DNA of 64,000 nucleotides from an uncultured bacterium (GCA_963705505.1 CAVPJU010000010.1:1-64000), one strand, 5' to 3'; shown: positions 18,495 through 29,910, counted from the first letter of the stretch. Numbers and translations: made by a program. The notes: a model not told the origin generated them from the sequence alone.

Positions 18495-18701
18495 TCAGTC
18501 TGTCGCGAAGTCGCCGTCTTCCGCAGCATCGGCTTCTATCATGAACAGGCTGACGTGCCTGTCGTGGATGTCTATGTAGTGGTCTATCGCCTCGTTTATG
18601 ACCGTGCCCAGATTCTTGCCGTAGGCTCCGGCAATCTTGTCGAGCGAATCGCGCTTGTCCGAGTCTATCATTAATGAAATTCTCGTAGATTCTTTAGCCA
18701 T
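18495..18701 (-). CDS. CopG/ribbon-helix-helix antitoxin-like protein, possibly truncated
   Basis: TRISLMIDSDKRDSLDKIA...VINEAIDHY, ends GDFATD. Confidence 0.6.
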   Translation of the reverse strand: MAKESTRISLMIDSDKRDSLDKIAGAYGKNLGTVINEAIDHYIDIHDRHVSLFMIEADAAEDGDFATD

Positions 18702-18864
18702 AATCTCTGCTCCTCTATTTTATATCGTAACACACCAGGCCCCCGGAGTATAGAAAAAAATTATTCCCGGCACCCGCACTCTGATTCCGGAGTCTTCACA
18801 TCGCCTGCGGTTATTAAATTAAATTCGCTTTACCTATCTTTTCAGCCGATTATAATTTGTTCCC

Positions 18865-20127
18865 GTGATAGAGACCGACTACCTCATACTCGGCGCAGGC
18901 CCCGCAGGGACGTGGGCGGTGCGCGGCATAAGGCACGAAGATAAGGAGGGGCGCATCGTAATTGCCGGAAGCGACCCGCGAAGGGCCTATTCCCTGCCGA
19001 TGCTGTCGAAGGGTTACATTCAGGGGCGCTATCCCGAGGAAAAGCTCTACCTCGTGAAAGAGGAATTTTACGAGAGCAACGGAGCGGTGTTCATAAATGG
19101 GAACGGCGCCGCTGGCGTGGATACGGAAAGAATGGTGGCGGAGCTCGAGGACGGGCGTGAAATTTCCTACAGGAAGCTCCTCATATCGACGGGCGGCTCC
19201 CCGCTCGAACTCCCTGTCCCAGGAGCCGGGCTCAGGAGGATCTATTACCTCCGCACGCTCGACGACGCCCGTATGATAAGGTCCGCGTGCGAGAGCGCGA
19301 AATCCGCAGTCGTCATCGGAGGCGGTTTCATAGGGGTCGAGCTCGCCGCGGCTCTGCGTGAGAGGGGTCTATCCGTTAAGCTCATCATGCCCGAGGACTA
19401 CGTCTGGCAGCCGCTCATTCCGGAGGCTCTCGGAAAATATATCACGGGTATTTTAGAGGAGCACGGGATAGAGATATTCCCCCGGCAGGCTGTGGTCGCT
19501 TTCGGAGGGAGTGACGAGCTTGCGGAATCTGTTATAACAGCGGACGGAGGTGTTTTCGAGGCGGACGTGTTCGGCATCGGTGCCGGTATAAAATTAAATA
19601 CCGGCTTCCTCGAAGGCTCACGCATCGAGACGGGGAGGGGTGTCCTCGTGGACAAATACCTCGAGACGAACATAGAGGGTGTATTCGCCGCAGGGGATGT
19701 CGCGGAATTCGAGGACGTAATACTCGGAGGGAGGCATGTGACGGGGCATATAGAGAACGCGCAGCACCAGGGCAGGACGGCAGGCAGGAACATGGCCGGG
19801 GCGGGGGAGGAATACGCCCGGGTGACGGGTTACGATACGGAGGTCTTCGGGACCTCCCTCGTGTTCATGGGCGCGCCCGGATACGGGCACGAGCATGTGA
19901 TAAGGGGAGGCTCAGGTAAACCGCTCGGCTCATTCTCGTTCAGGGACGGTAAACTCGTGGGAGCCGTGCTTGTAAACCCCGGAGGGAAAGAGGTGCGCGC
20001 TTTGAGGGAGATAATCGGAATGCGTGACGCGAGGGTATTCAAAAAGAGGGATTCACTATGCGACCCCGCGGCTGACATAGCGGCGCTCGCCGAGGAAATG
20101 AAGGGAGAAAACGGATGGGAGGGATAA
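18865..20127 (+). CDS. FAD/NAD(P)H-dependent oxidoreductase (ferredoxin reductase-like)
   Basis: GAGPAG, STGG, GGGFIGVE, FAAGDVA. Confidence 0.9.
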   Translation: MIETDYLILGAGPAGTWAVRGIRHEDKEGRIVIAGSDPRRAYSLPMLSKGYIQGRYPEEKLYLVKEEFYESNGAVFINGNGAAGVDTERMVAELEDGREISYRKLLISTGGSPLELPVPGAGLRRIYYLRTLDDARMIRSACESAKSAVVIGGGFIGVELAAALRERGLSVKLIMPEDYVWQPLIPEALGKYITGILEEHGIEIFPRQAVVAFGGSDELAESVITADGGVFEADVFGIGAGIKLNTGFLEGSRIETGRGVLVDKYLETNIEGVFAAGDVAEFEDVILGGRHVTGHIENAQHQGRTAGRNMAGAGEEYARVTGYDTEVFGTSLVFMGAPGYGHEHVIRGGSGKPLGSFSFRDGKLVGAVLVNPGGKEVRALREIIGMRDARVFKKRDSLCDPAADIAALAEEMKGENGWEG

Positions 20128-20622
20128 ATGGCTGACGATTTCGAGGACGAGATTAAGAATATAGCCCTGAGCGGGCAGAAAGGTAAGGGCGGCGGAGCCC
20201 CGGAGCTCTCGGATACGGATAAGGGATTCCTGGAGGCGATAGAGGAGTTTTATGTGCTTTCACGCCGCGCCGTAACTTTTTATAACGGAGCGTCAGAGGG
20301 CATAAGGCTCTCTTTACAAAGGCTCACCCCCGATTCCCTCGACCTCTTTCTCGACATTCAGGGGAGACGTGGAGGGTTCTCCGTAGCTTCGCCTGCGAGG
20401 ATCGTCGTCTTCTTCGACGAAGACCCGAACGTCCTGACCGTAATAGGAAAAAAGAGGAAAACCCAAAGGGATGGAGAGGGCAAGCTGTCGTCCGCGATTC
20501 AGCTCATCAAGATTAATTTCAGGAAGGAAAATAACGTTCTCGTCTATAAGGATAACTCGGGCGGAGCCATCGACCCGCACGACATAGTAACGCTCCTGAT
20601 AAGGTGGGTGTCTTCTGCTTAA
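20128..20622 (+). CDS. Hypothetical protein
   Basis: Abuts upstream stop, GGAGG RBS, host-like codon usage. Confidence 0.7.
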   Translation: MADDFEDEIKNIALSGQKGKGGGAPELSDTDKGFLEAIEEFYVLSRRAVTFYNGASEGIRLSLQRLTPDSLDLFLDIQGRRGGFSVASPARIVVFFDEDPNVLTVIGKKRKTQRDGEGKLSSAIQLIKINFRKENNVLVYKDNSGGAIDPHDIVTLLIRWVSSA

Positions 20623-20626
20623 ACGC

Positions 20627-20785
20627 TCAGGGATGGAGCACTACATGGGTAAGGGATACGAGGAATACGATCGAACCTATCAGTATGGCTATGCCGAGTA
20701 TATAAAGCGCGCCCGATTTCTCGCGCTCGGTAAGCTCGAACATTTTCTTGGGACCGCCGTTGTTTTCTTTCTCTTGTTCGCTCAT
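20627..20785 (-). CDS. Small single-TM membrane protein (52 aa, not in ORF track)
   Basis: Manual translation MSEQEKENNGGPKKMFELTEREKSGALYILGIAILIGSIVFLVSLTHVVLHP; TATAAT 9 nt upstream. Confidence 0.6.
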   Translation of the reverse strand: MSEQEKENNGGPKKMFELTEREKSGALYILGIAILIGSIVFLVSLTHVVLHP

Positions 20786-20863
20786 GACCGCATCATTATA
20801 ACGGCTTATCCGTCTTTGTAAAGAACATCCCGCTTAAAGAAGGCGTATTGAGTCCGGATGCTG

Positions 20864-21892
20864 TCAAATAGTAGAGACGAAATCGTATCGTCGGGGTTCT
20901 TTGTGAGATTTTATCTTGGATATTAGTTCTTTTTGATTATTTAGACTTTTTAGTGCGGACAATACTCCAAACCAAAAAAAGTAATCCAAAGATAGGCTAT
21001 AAAACCTGTGCATTCGGTTAGGAGTATATTTTTCCAGCAGTTTAATGATATGAACAACCAGACTCGGGAATTTTGGAAATAGAAAACTGAGCCAGATTAG
21101 CTCAACTCTAAATAGACGCCACTTTAAAGTGCCTTGATTATATTCGCATATCTGGCTGAAGCAAAATGTATTCGGATAATTAAGTGTAAATATAACTTCG
21201 TCCCTTGCTTGTTCGGCAGTGTACCTTACTAATCCATCAAAGTCTTTTTCGAAGTATTGTCTTGAGACTGCATTAGGTTCGGCTATTATCTCAATACCGG
21301 CATATACCATCCGTAACCCTAACTCCATATCTTCATTGGCACTGTATTCATGATAGAATGAACCGATTTCCTCAATGACTTCTTTGCGTATTGAAAAGTT
21401 TTCGCTATCAAAGTCTAACCCTTGAAATTTATAGTCCGGAGAGACTAATCGCTTCATGAAAGGAGTATAAATGGTTTCCGCAATATAAATTTCTAATGGT
21501 GATGAATGATCGCTTATGATTAGTGGGGAATACCCCAATACGCAGATTCTTTTATTATTTATATGATGTTTGTAGTGCTGTTCGATCAGATCAGGAGATG
21601 CTTCCAGGTCATCATCTAGAAATATGAGAACGTCACCTTTTGCTTCCGATATCCCTCTGTTACGCGCGGCCGCTCTCCCTGCGTTTGGCTTCCATATCAT
21701 GTACGAAGCTTATATGGCGCTTCAAAGCTGGTTAACATTTCCTTCGTGGAATCGGTCGATCCGTCGATTATTCGATACAATTACTTCGTAATTCTCTTTT
21801 GGAAAAGTCTGGGAGCAAAGAGCAATTAAAGCACGCTGTAGTGAATTGCAGCGTTGGTATGTTGGTATTATGACGCTGACATACATATACAT
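20864..21892 (-). pseudogene. GT2 glycosyltransferase with two frameshifts
   Basis: N-terminus MYMYVSVIIPTYQR..., then IDGSTDST in another frame (shift ~21770), then MIWKPNAGRAAARN...FLDDD (shift ~21701); AT-rich. Confidence 0.8.
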
Positions 21893-22767
21893 CACTCGTA
21901 TGGTATAAATTTTTGAAGGATTCTACTTAACGCACATTCCGACGGGGTGTGTCACCCCAATTTTGAAGCGTAAACATGATAAATATACTTTTTTATCCAT
22001 CAAGTAAATATATTAGGATTAAAATCAGAGATTTCTAACCTCTTTGAATGTTTTTTCCTGTAATCTTAGGCCTGAATTCATGGATTAGTGTGAATGCACG
22101 TTTTATAATATTATACTATCTAATATAATTGTCATTGACATACAATTCTTAATATGTTCTTATAATCATGAATACAGTTCTTCGAGACCTAGTTATTGTG
22201 GTTTGGCTTTTTAACTCAGTCGAGGATGATGGACTGAGGGTAAGAGATGGGGGTAGTCGATTACTTTTGTATTTATTTGCGTTTAATTTTTAGTGTTACA
22301 TTCTACAAGTTTGCAGACTATTCTGATGAATATAAGTCTGTACTATACGATTGTACCAACGTAGTAATCAAAACATCCAAAAAAAGTCTGGCTGATAGAT
22401 TCTTAACCCATTCCAGCGATAATTGCATACCAAGAATAAGAAGAGATGTAAACACCGATATATCTAATAATGGAATAAAACGGATTAACGTTTATAGTCC
22501 ATTAATCTCTTCCCAACGAAAAATTCACAAACGTAAAATACTCTCCAATTTATTCGATGGAAGTAACTCGGGAGGTGGTGCCTATTATTTCAAAGTCCTA
22601 TAAGAACGCATTTTGTGGAAGTAAGAAAAAAATTGGAGATTGGGGAAGATTAATTGAAAAGCCTTTAAAGGCTTCATGAAAATACCATGGGTATTACATC
22701 GGTGACTCGTAGCCCTTATAGGGTAGGAAATCTAGCTAGACCAAATTAAAAATATCAAGGGGGAATT

Positions 22768-23865
22768 ATGAAAATGTTTAAGATAGAAACCATTTATAAC
22801 AGAATATTAAGCAAATTGGTCATTATGACTTTTATCATTTCCGGGATAGCACTCGGTGCTAGCTGGAGTGAGGTGGCTGAGGCATGTACTCCGATACCGG
22901 AGACTTCTCTGAATATAGGGGGTTTTACCAACTTGACTGCGGCATTAGTAAATCCGGGTGCAGTAGATGCACAGGATGTTGATGCCACCGGCTGTAACTT
23001 GGGTATTTACTTTTCACCCGGGGAATCCGGTTCGGTGTCCAACTCGACAGTCCACGGCGCAAATATAGTCGGGATTGTTAACAACGGGGCTAACGTCCCT
23101 ATCACCTCCAATGATGTCTACCAAATAGGGGAGGTGCCATTTAATGGGTCACAGCACGGGCTTGGGATTTATGCCAGTGGACTGGATAACCCAGTCAATG
23201 GAGACATCAAATTCAATACCGTATGGGCATACCAGAAGGGTGGTATTGTAGTAAAGGCGGCAAATGGTCTCGATGTCCTAAATAATACTGTTATAGGGCT
23301 TGGACCAGTTCCCTTCATAGGGCAAAACGGTATTCAGGTTTCCTATGGGAAGAATTCTTTTATCTCCGGGAACCATGTGTTTGGTAACTCTTACAGTGGG
23401 GCAAATTTTGCTAGTTCTGGTGGAATCCTACTGTTTGGTGGTTGTGGAATAGGCGACCCACAGACTTTTACCACGGTGACTGGTAATGACTTGGAAGGTA
23501 ATGATGTGGGTGTATTCTCGGTTAACGTACAGGATGACTGCGTTACTCCAGTGGATACTCAGACTAGAAACACCATCCAGTCAAACACTATTCGTAACAA
23601 CGGTATATTTAACACCACAGGTGGTGGAGATGGAGCTTATCAGGCTGGTGTAAGCATCGAAGGCACCAAGGATAAGATAGTCAACAACTCCATCTGCGGA
23701 ATTGGCTACACTCCGGTAGACCCAACACCGCCTTATATTTATGATGTGGATGTTGACTATGCCAATTCACCCACTGTGTCCAATAACAACTGTAACGATG
23801 GTAATCATCATGGTAATCATCATGGACGGAAACATAGGAAGTTCCATGGACCGTGGGGAGATTAA
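22768..23865 (+). CDS. Secreted right-handed parallel beta-helix repeat protein with His-rich tail
   Basis: Signal-like N-terminus; Asn/Gly-rich repeats (YQKGGIVV, GQNGIQVSYG, NNTV). Confidence 0.75.
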   Translation: MKMFKIETIYNRILSKLVIMTFIISGIALGASWSEVAEACTPIPETSLNIGGFTNLTAALVNPGAVDAQDVDATGCNLGIYFSPGESGSVSNSTVHGANIVGIVNNGANVPITSNDVYQIGEVPFNGSQHGLGIYASGLDNPVNGDIKFNTVWAYQKGGIVVKAANGLDVLNNTVIGLGPVPFIGQNGIQVSYGKNSFISGNHVFGNSYSGANFASSGGILLFGGCGIGDPQTFTTVTGNDLEGNDVGVFSVNVQDDCVTPVDTQTRNTIQSNTIRNNGIFNTTGGGDGAYQAGVSIEGTKDKIVNNSICGIGYTPVDPTPPYIYDVDVDYANSPTVSNNNCNDGNHHGNHHGRKHRKFHGPWGD

Positions 23866-23895
23866 GAGTTTCCGTATTATAAGCTAAGATGGCAG

Positions 23896-23939
23896 AGCCC
23901 TAGGTATATCTATTGAAGTAGAAGCCTAGGGCTTTTTTT
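23896..23939 (+). terminator. Intrinsic terminator
   Basis: AGCCCTAGG...CCTAGGGCT followed by T run. Confidence 0.7.
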
Positions 23940-24033
23940 GATTCATCCAACGCCTACCACACACCTCAGGTGAAATTTTATCAACCCAACAGAAGAGCAG
24001 GACATAGGGTCAGTCATGGTTAGGGAGATTCTA

Positions 24034-24960
24034 TCAACGGCGGCTTTTCTTTTCGCTGAGAAGCGTCTTTTTAGCATCGGCGAGTTCTTGAAGCTTCTTA
24101 TCGTCTACCTTCGGGTACTTCAGATTGAGAGAAGCCAGGGCATCGATGATCGCAGCTGCGACCGCCAGACGGGTGAACCACTTGTTATCAGCAGGGACTA
24201 CATACCAGGGCGCTTCCTTCGTGGCCGTGTTTCGGATCATGTCTTCATAAGCTTTCATGTAATCGTCCCAGAACGCGCGTTCCTTTAAGTCGTTCGATGA
24301 GAACTTCCAGTTCTTCTCGGGATCATCGATACGCTCCATGAAACGCCGTTCCTGTTCCTCCTTTGAGACGTGCAGGAAGAACTTGCGTACTACCACCCCG
24401 TTGCGCGTAAGGTAACGCTCGAAGTTGCGGATATCCTGAAACCGCTCCTCCCAAATTTTCCGGGTAACCAGCTCAGACGGGATCTTCTGACTTGCGAGGT
24501 ATTCCTGATGGACCCGTACGACCAGCGTTTCCTCGTAATAAGAGCGGTTGAAGATACCCATATCGCCGCGGTTAGGCAGACACTTCATACAGCGCCATAG
24601 GTAGTCGTGGTCGAGGTCTTCCGCCGAAGGCGCCTTGAAGGAATGAACCTGACAGCCCTGTGGATTCACCCCGGACATGATGTGCTTAATGGTGCCGTCC
24701 TTTCCTGCGGCGTCCATGGCCTGGAGGATAATCAGAACCGCCCAGCGATCCTGGGCATATAACTTATCCTGCAGCTCGGCGAGCAGCTGGACTCCGAGGG
24801 CAAGCACCTCCTTGGCGCGTGGCTTGTCCTCTGACTCCAGGTGAAGGGTGTCGCCGGGATCGATGTCTTTGAGGCGGAACTTGTCGCCTTTCGTGATGCG
24901 GAAAGGCGCCGCGAATTTGCGGGCTCTTTTAATGAGATCTTTGGTCTTAATCTTTTCCAT
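24034..24960 (-). CDS. ppk2: Polyphosphate kinase 2 family (class III-like)
   Basis: QAMDAAGKDG, FNRSYYE, PADNKW. Confidence 0.92.
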   Translation of the reverse strand: MEKIKTKDLIKRARKFAAPFRITKGDKFRLKDIDPGDTLHLESEDKPRAKEVLALGVQLLAELQDKLYAQDRWAVLIILQAMDAAGKDGTIKHIMSGVNPQGCQVHSFKAPSAEDLDHDYLWRCMKCLPNRGDMGIFNRSYYEETLVVRVHQEYLASQKIPSELVTRKIWEERFQDIRNFERYLTRNGVVVRKFFLHVSKEEQERRFMERIDDPEKNWKFSSNDLKERAFWDDYMKAYEDMIRNTATKEAPWYVVPADNKWFTRLAVAAAIIDALASLNLKYPKVDDKKLQELADAKKTLLSEKKSRR

Positions 24961-25141
24961 TATATTAGATTAATTTCGGAAAAGTAGTGTATTGCGCGGT
25001 TCTTGTATTGCATTAAAACATTCTATTACAGCAGTGAATGAAATACAACATAGATGCCTGTATGGATATCGCATCCCCATAAGACCTGCGGGGCAAACAC
25101 ACGGAGTTATTCTAACACGTTGACATTGCTGTTTAAAATTG

Positions 25142-26954
25142 TTAAGTATGTTGTAAAATCGGATTCCTTTCCTCAGACATCTTCTCCGATTCCTGCACTA
25201 TCTCAATGGCTATCATTCTCGCAAAGTAATATATGCGCTGAATAAGCTCGACGAACTGACTTTCGACTCTGTAAAGGACCGCCCGGTTGGGATCGTCGCT
25301 GACCAGGCGGCGCGAGAGATGCTCAACTGTCTCGTCCGCTAACCTTTGGACGTCCGGCTTCATCTCCACAACCCCCTTGGCAAGCTCGACATCCTTCTGA
25401 TCAAGGGCTTTAATCACTAGATGAAAACCCTCGAGCACCTTCGATGTAAAGGGCTTAAATCGCGTGATTGTCTCCTCGCTATGTATAAATCGCCGCTCTA
25501 ACCGTTCCCGGCCGATCGAAACCATGTTTACTGCTATGGTTTCTCCAACATGCTGCAAGTTGCTAATGACTATTCCCAGGGCCTCGAGGCGTCTTTTCTC
25601 TTCAGATTTCATTTCCATGGAGTACAGCCGTCTCATGTAGTCGGTAATGGCGTCATGCAGCATACGGAGCTCCTTTTCACGCGATACGACCTTGTCCAGG
25701 TCTTCCTTGCCGCCTGACAGCACAGCGGGTCTTGCCATTTCGGTGAGCTCCTCTAAATATTCACCAAATCGCACTGCTTCGAGACGAATGCTATTGAGAG
25801 CAAGCGCAGGTGTTTCTAGAAAAGCATCGTCCAGGTATTTCGGACGCGCATACTCGGGCAGAACCTCCGGCTTTTCAGGGATGAAATGCTTAATTAGCCG
25901 GGCAAAAGATGACGTAAATCCTATAAAGATAAAAGTATTAGCAACATTGAATAAAGTATGAGCGTTGGCGATCTGGCGAGGAGTATCGGCAGCCAGTCGC
26001 TCGGTTCCAACTAGATTTGCATGGACAGGAGAGATCGCTTCTGTGATCGAAGCCAGGTATCCGATAAAAGGAAGCCAAATGATAACACCTACGATATTAA
26101 ACATTATATGTGCGGCTGCAGCCTGTTTTGCTGCCGCGGGTTTGCCGATCGCAGCCAGTATCGCTGTTGCGCACGTTCCTACATTTGCGCCCAGGACAAT
26201 TGCTATCCCTGCGTCAAGCGTGATAGCTCCTTGCGAAGCAAGTACAATTACGATACCTATAGTCGCTGCCGAGCTCTGCACCAAAGCGGTGAATATTAGA
26301 CCGGCACTGATACCGAGCAGCGGATTACTCATTTCCTTCATCACGTCTATGAATGGCTGGTATGTGCGGAGCGGGTGCGTCGCGTCGCTCATAACGCCCA
26401 TCCCGAAGAATACGAGACCTATCCCCATAACGATTCCGCCATATATGCGGATCTTTTCGGCTTTAGATACAAATTGCATTCCGAAACCCACTGCTATAGG
26501 GAGGAGCGCGTACTGCGTTATGTTAAACGCGATGATCTGGGCCGTGATGGTCGAGCCTATATTAGCGCCCAGGATGATTCCTATAACTTGTTCAAGCGTC
26601 ATCAGACCAACAGATATGAACCCGATAACGATCACTGTAGTAACTGATGACGATTGAATTATCGCAGTCGTGATGGCTCCGGTGATAGTAGCCATAAATC
26701 TGTTTTTGGTGAGCTTGGCCAGCGAACGTGCTCATTCCCTCGCCCATGACCGCCTTTAGGCCGTCCGTCATTTGATCCATTCCGAACAGGAATATAGCGA
26801 GACCTCCGAAGAGGCCCATCAGAATCATTCCCCATTTGGGGGCTGTGACATCCGATTCGATTCCCAGCGCCCGGCCTGCGGCAGCGAGCGCGGCCGCCAT
26901 GACCAAAAGGAGAATGGAACCGGATCCGATATATTTTCTTTGAAGAGTCATCAT
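25142..26954 (-). pseudogene. Na/Pi cotransporter (NptA/YjbB-like with PhoU-type tail), frameshifted near 26724
   Basis: GGLAIFLFGM in ORF 26592-26954; QSSS and GANIGST motifs in ORF 25142-26695; removing one base joins them (..MST-LLAKLTKNRFMA..). Confidence 0.85.
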
Positions 26955-27179
26955 TTCTTTCCCTCCTGAGAGTGGATAGGGCTAATGAAGTATTCCTGAC
27001 TACATTACCACTAAATCTGATTAGAGAATACAATTATTCGAATCTGTTAATAAAGCACTCTGGGCTTGGGGTAAAGACTCAGGGCAAGTGAGGTGATGAG
27101 GTTTCGAGGAAAAGATTTTTTATGTGTCGTCGGTTAATAAGTTTTATTCGCGCAATATCGGAATAAAAGGATATCGTTT

Positions 27180-27737
27180 CTACTTGTCAGGCTTTATCCT
27201 GGTAATTTTTGAACCCTGGAGGCCGATACCTGCCATGAGCCCCTTCTGATCGAAGATAAAGGCATATATGCCTTTCCGAAGTGTCGTCGAGGACAGATTC
27301 TTGCCGAACCCCTTGTCCAGGATTACAACGCTTGGTCCTGTGCCGATCTCCCAGCCGTCGCTCTTTTCCAGATATTCCAGCGATTTATCGTCCATGAACA
27401 ATAAGACGTAGCCGAAGGATTGTACACCTGCCTGCAACCCGACCGAACCCGCAAATGACCGATAGTAAGCGACCGTCTTTCCATTTTTGCGCATGGCGCC
27501 GTCCCCGTATTGACCTCCGACTATAAGACCGGCCTTCACGATGTCCGGGAAGACGAGCACCCCCTTTGCATTGCTTGCAAGGGTCTCTGCTCCCGGCGTC
27601 GTTTCGTAGAGGGTTTTCAACGCCGCCGTTACTTTGCGGTTAATCTCGCTTTTGCTCGCCGCATGAGCGGAAAGCATCGGCGAAAAGATGAGAAACAGTA
27701 GCAGCACCCCTAGAAGTGTACGGATGATATTACGCAT
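27180..27737 (-). CDS. Ysc84/SYLF-like exported protein
   Basis: Signal peptide; AKGVLVFP, GGQYGDG, GSVGLQAG, KGLMAG. Confidence 0.85.
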   Translation of the reverse strand: MRNIIRTLLGVLLLFLIFSPMLSAHAASKSEINRKVTAALKTLYETTPGAETLASNAKGVLVFPDIVKAGLIVGGQYGDGAMRKNGKTVAYYRSFAGSVGLQAGVQSFGYVLLFMDDKSLEYLEKSDGWEIGTGPSVVILDKGFGKNLSSTTLRKGIYAFIFDQKGLMAGIGLQGSKITRIKPDK

Positions 27738-27807
27738 GATTGTCTCCTTTCCAGCCGGTTTATGCAATAACCAGGCTCATTTTAAGATACCGTTTTGCCT
27801 ACAAGCA

Positions 27808-29194
27808 CTACAAAAGGAAGCTGAATTCGCTCGACTCGTCGATATCCGTATGTAAACGACCTCTGCTGATGGCCTTCTTGAACGCCGTATAGTCGTGCTC
27901 GACCTGGTCGGCATATGACTCGGCGTACACCGCTATGGCGTCGTCAAACCGGTCGGATGATCCCAGGTATCCCGCGATCATTTGAGCATCTCCGGCCTTC
28001 GCATGTGCCCGCGCCAGTGCCCATCCGCACATCGTCGAATAGTCTATCATAGTCTCTGGAAACCATGTTTCGGGCTCCGCGGATATTTTCATATCACGGA
28101 GCTGCCGGACATAATAATCGTGACCGCCCGGGACCCGGGACCAGCCGAGGAAGATGTCGCTCATTGCCTGAAGGAGCCGCTGACCGTCCACCACCCGCTG
28201 ACCCTGATTTTTAAATCGGCTCTTTGCGCCCGGAGGCTCGAGCACCGACCGGCGCGCTTCCTTGATCTGCAGAAACAGGGGGTCATTCTCGTCGGCCATT
28301 AAAAGTGAGACAACACAGCGTGTGCCGACACTGCCGATACCGACGACCTTTACCGCTATATCTTCGGGAGTGTAGCGGTTATACAGAAGCTGTCCGGTCC
28401 GCTTGAAGCGTTTTCTCGTAGTGCTTCCTGAAAGCCCTTGCGGCCTTTTCGAATTCCGGAACGTTCTCTTTGAAGTGAAAGATGTATGGAGGGTTATCCA
28501 CGATCCTTCTTAAACCGTCCTTGACATCGGTAAGCTTGGGAAATAAAGCCTCGGATGTCCGGGACCGGGCTTCCTCTTTCTTCTTCTCTATCCTTTTTAC
28601 CGCGTCCTCGTGGTCTTTAAACGCCTCTATCAGGTCATCCAGGGTGATTTTCGAGTACCAAAGCTCTAACATTTTCATATCGGCGTATTCCCACATACGC
28701 GTTCTGTACGACTCGACGGCTGCCCTGACCGCCTCCTCTGCTTCTTTTTTCGAGAAATCGAGATCTCTCGCACATAGCACTATGCTTACCGCAAGCCGTT
28801 TTATGTCCCACTCCCATGCCCCCGGAAATGTTTCATCGAAATCGTTGATGTCGAATGCAAGGTTCCGCTCTGGCGTAGCGAAGCCGCCGAAATTCATCAG
28901 GTGGCAATCGCCGCAGGCCTGGACGGTGATCCCCGATGCCGGAGAAAGCATGAGGTCCCGCGCCTGAATAATTGCCGATCCGCGGAAGAAAGCGAAGGGT
29001 GTCTGGGCCATTCTGCCGTAGCGGATGGCGATGAGGCCGGGAATCCTGTCGGCGTTGGATTCTTCGAGAAGATCAACAACGGCCTGAGGGCGAGGCCTCG
29101 GATTCCATTCCGCATGCGCCGAGCGCGGACACTTTTCGCGAAGGGCTTTACCCCGTTTCCGCCTCTCTGCATTGGTCAAGGTTTTAGGCTTCAT
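27808..29194 (-). pseudogene. DUF2252-family kinase-like protein, frameshifted near 28393
   Basis: RYGRM..PFAFFRG, GDCHLMNFG, FDINDFDE; after the shift KVVGIGSVGTR, LQIKEA, YVRQLRDMK. Confidence 0.88.
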
Positions 29195-29448
29195 CCGAAT
29201 GTATGCTCCGCTCTTATTTCCCCGGCCGCTTCAAGTTTCAGACAATAGGCTGCATCAACCGGAGGCTGATTGAATACTTATCAGTATTCATTACAAAAAA
29301 TTATAATTGATATACATGGATCAACGCAATGGATAACTTTCTGTTTGCCGGATAGAATGAGGTGAACTGCCGGAACCGATTCAGTCATAGATTATCACTC
29401 CCGCTGCGGCCCCCTGGGCGGTCGTGCCTGCCCATTTCCTGTTGTGAA

Positions 29449-29910
29449 TTAAATATTTGCCGAGTGCTCTTTCCAATGTTCCTTAGGTGAGCCAAGTTCT
29501 TTAAGCTTCGTTTCGAATTCGCTCAGAATCTGTAACTGCCTTTTATCCAGAGGCCGGTCGAATTGATCGCTGTGGAGTATTCGAATGACGACGACATAGT
29601 CTTTTCTCTTTGTCTTGAGGTCGTCCGGGAGGTAGAAGACGACATTGTCATGTCTCCTTATCTCGAACCTGACATCCGGCTCGTCTCCGGAGGTGAGCCA
29701 CAGGGCAAGCTCGTAGAGCTTGTCGAATACAGTCGGCTCTCCACTGGTATCTTCCCTAACTAAATTATCTGCATCCGTACCTACGAGCGCTACTGCCATG
29801 CCGACTTTGACGGGTCTGCCCTCGTCTCCCGGCAACTCTATCGGCAGGGTAGTCCAGAATACCTTGTGGTCTCTCACTAGACGTTTCATTTCACTACTTT
29901 CCTTATCCAT
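29449..29910 (-). CDS. Hypothetical protein
   Basis: 153-aa ORF with globular composition, same strand as neighbours. Confidence 0.65.
   Translation of the reverse strand: MDKESSEMKRLVRDHKVFWTTLPIELPGDEGRPVKVGMAVALVGTDADNLVREDTSGEPTVFDKLYELALWLTSGDEPDVRFEIRRHDNVVFYLPDDLKTKRKDYVVVIRILHSDQFDRPLDKRQLQILSEFETKLKELGSPKEHWKEHSANI

Noticed and set aside
22247..22603. 118-aa ORF in AT-rich spacer
   Set aside because: No recognisable motif or clear RBS; cannot support as a gene
29381..29415. Third copy of the radical SAM att-like repeat (ATAGATTATCACTCCC)
   Set aside because: Needs several gaps and lacks the 18-nt core
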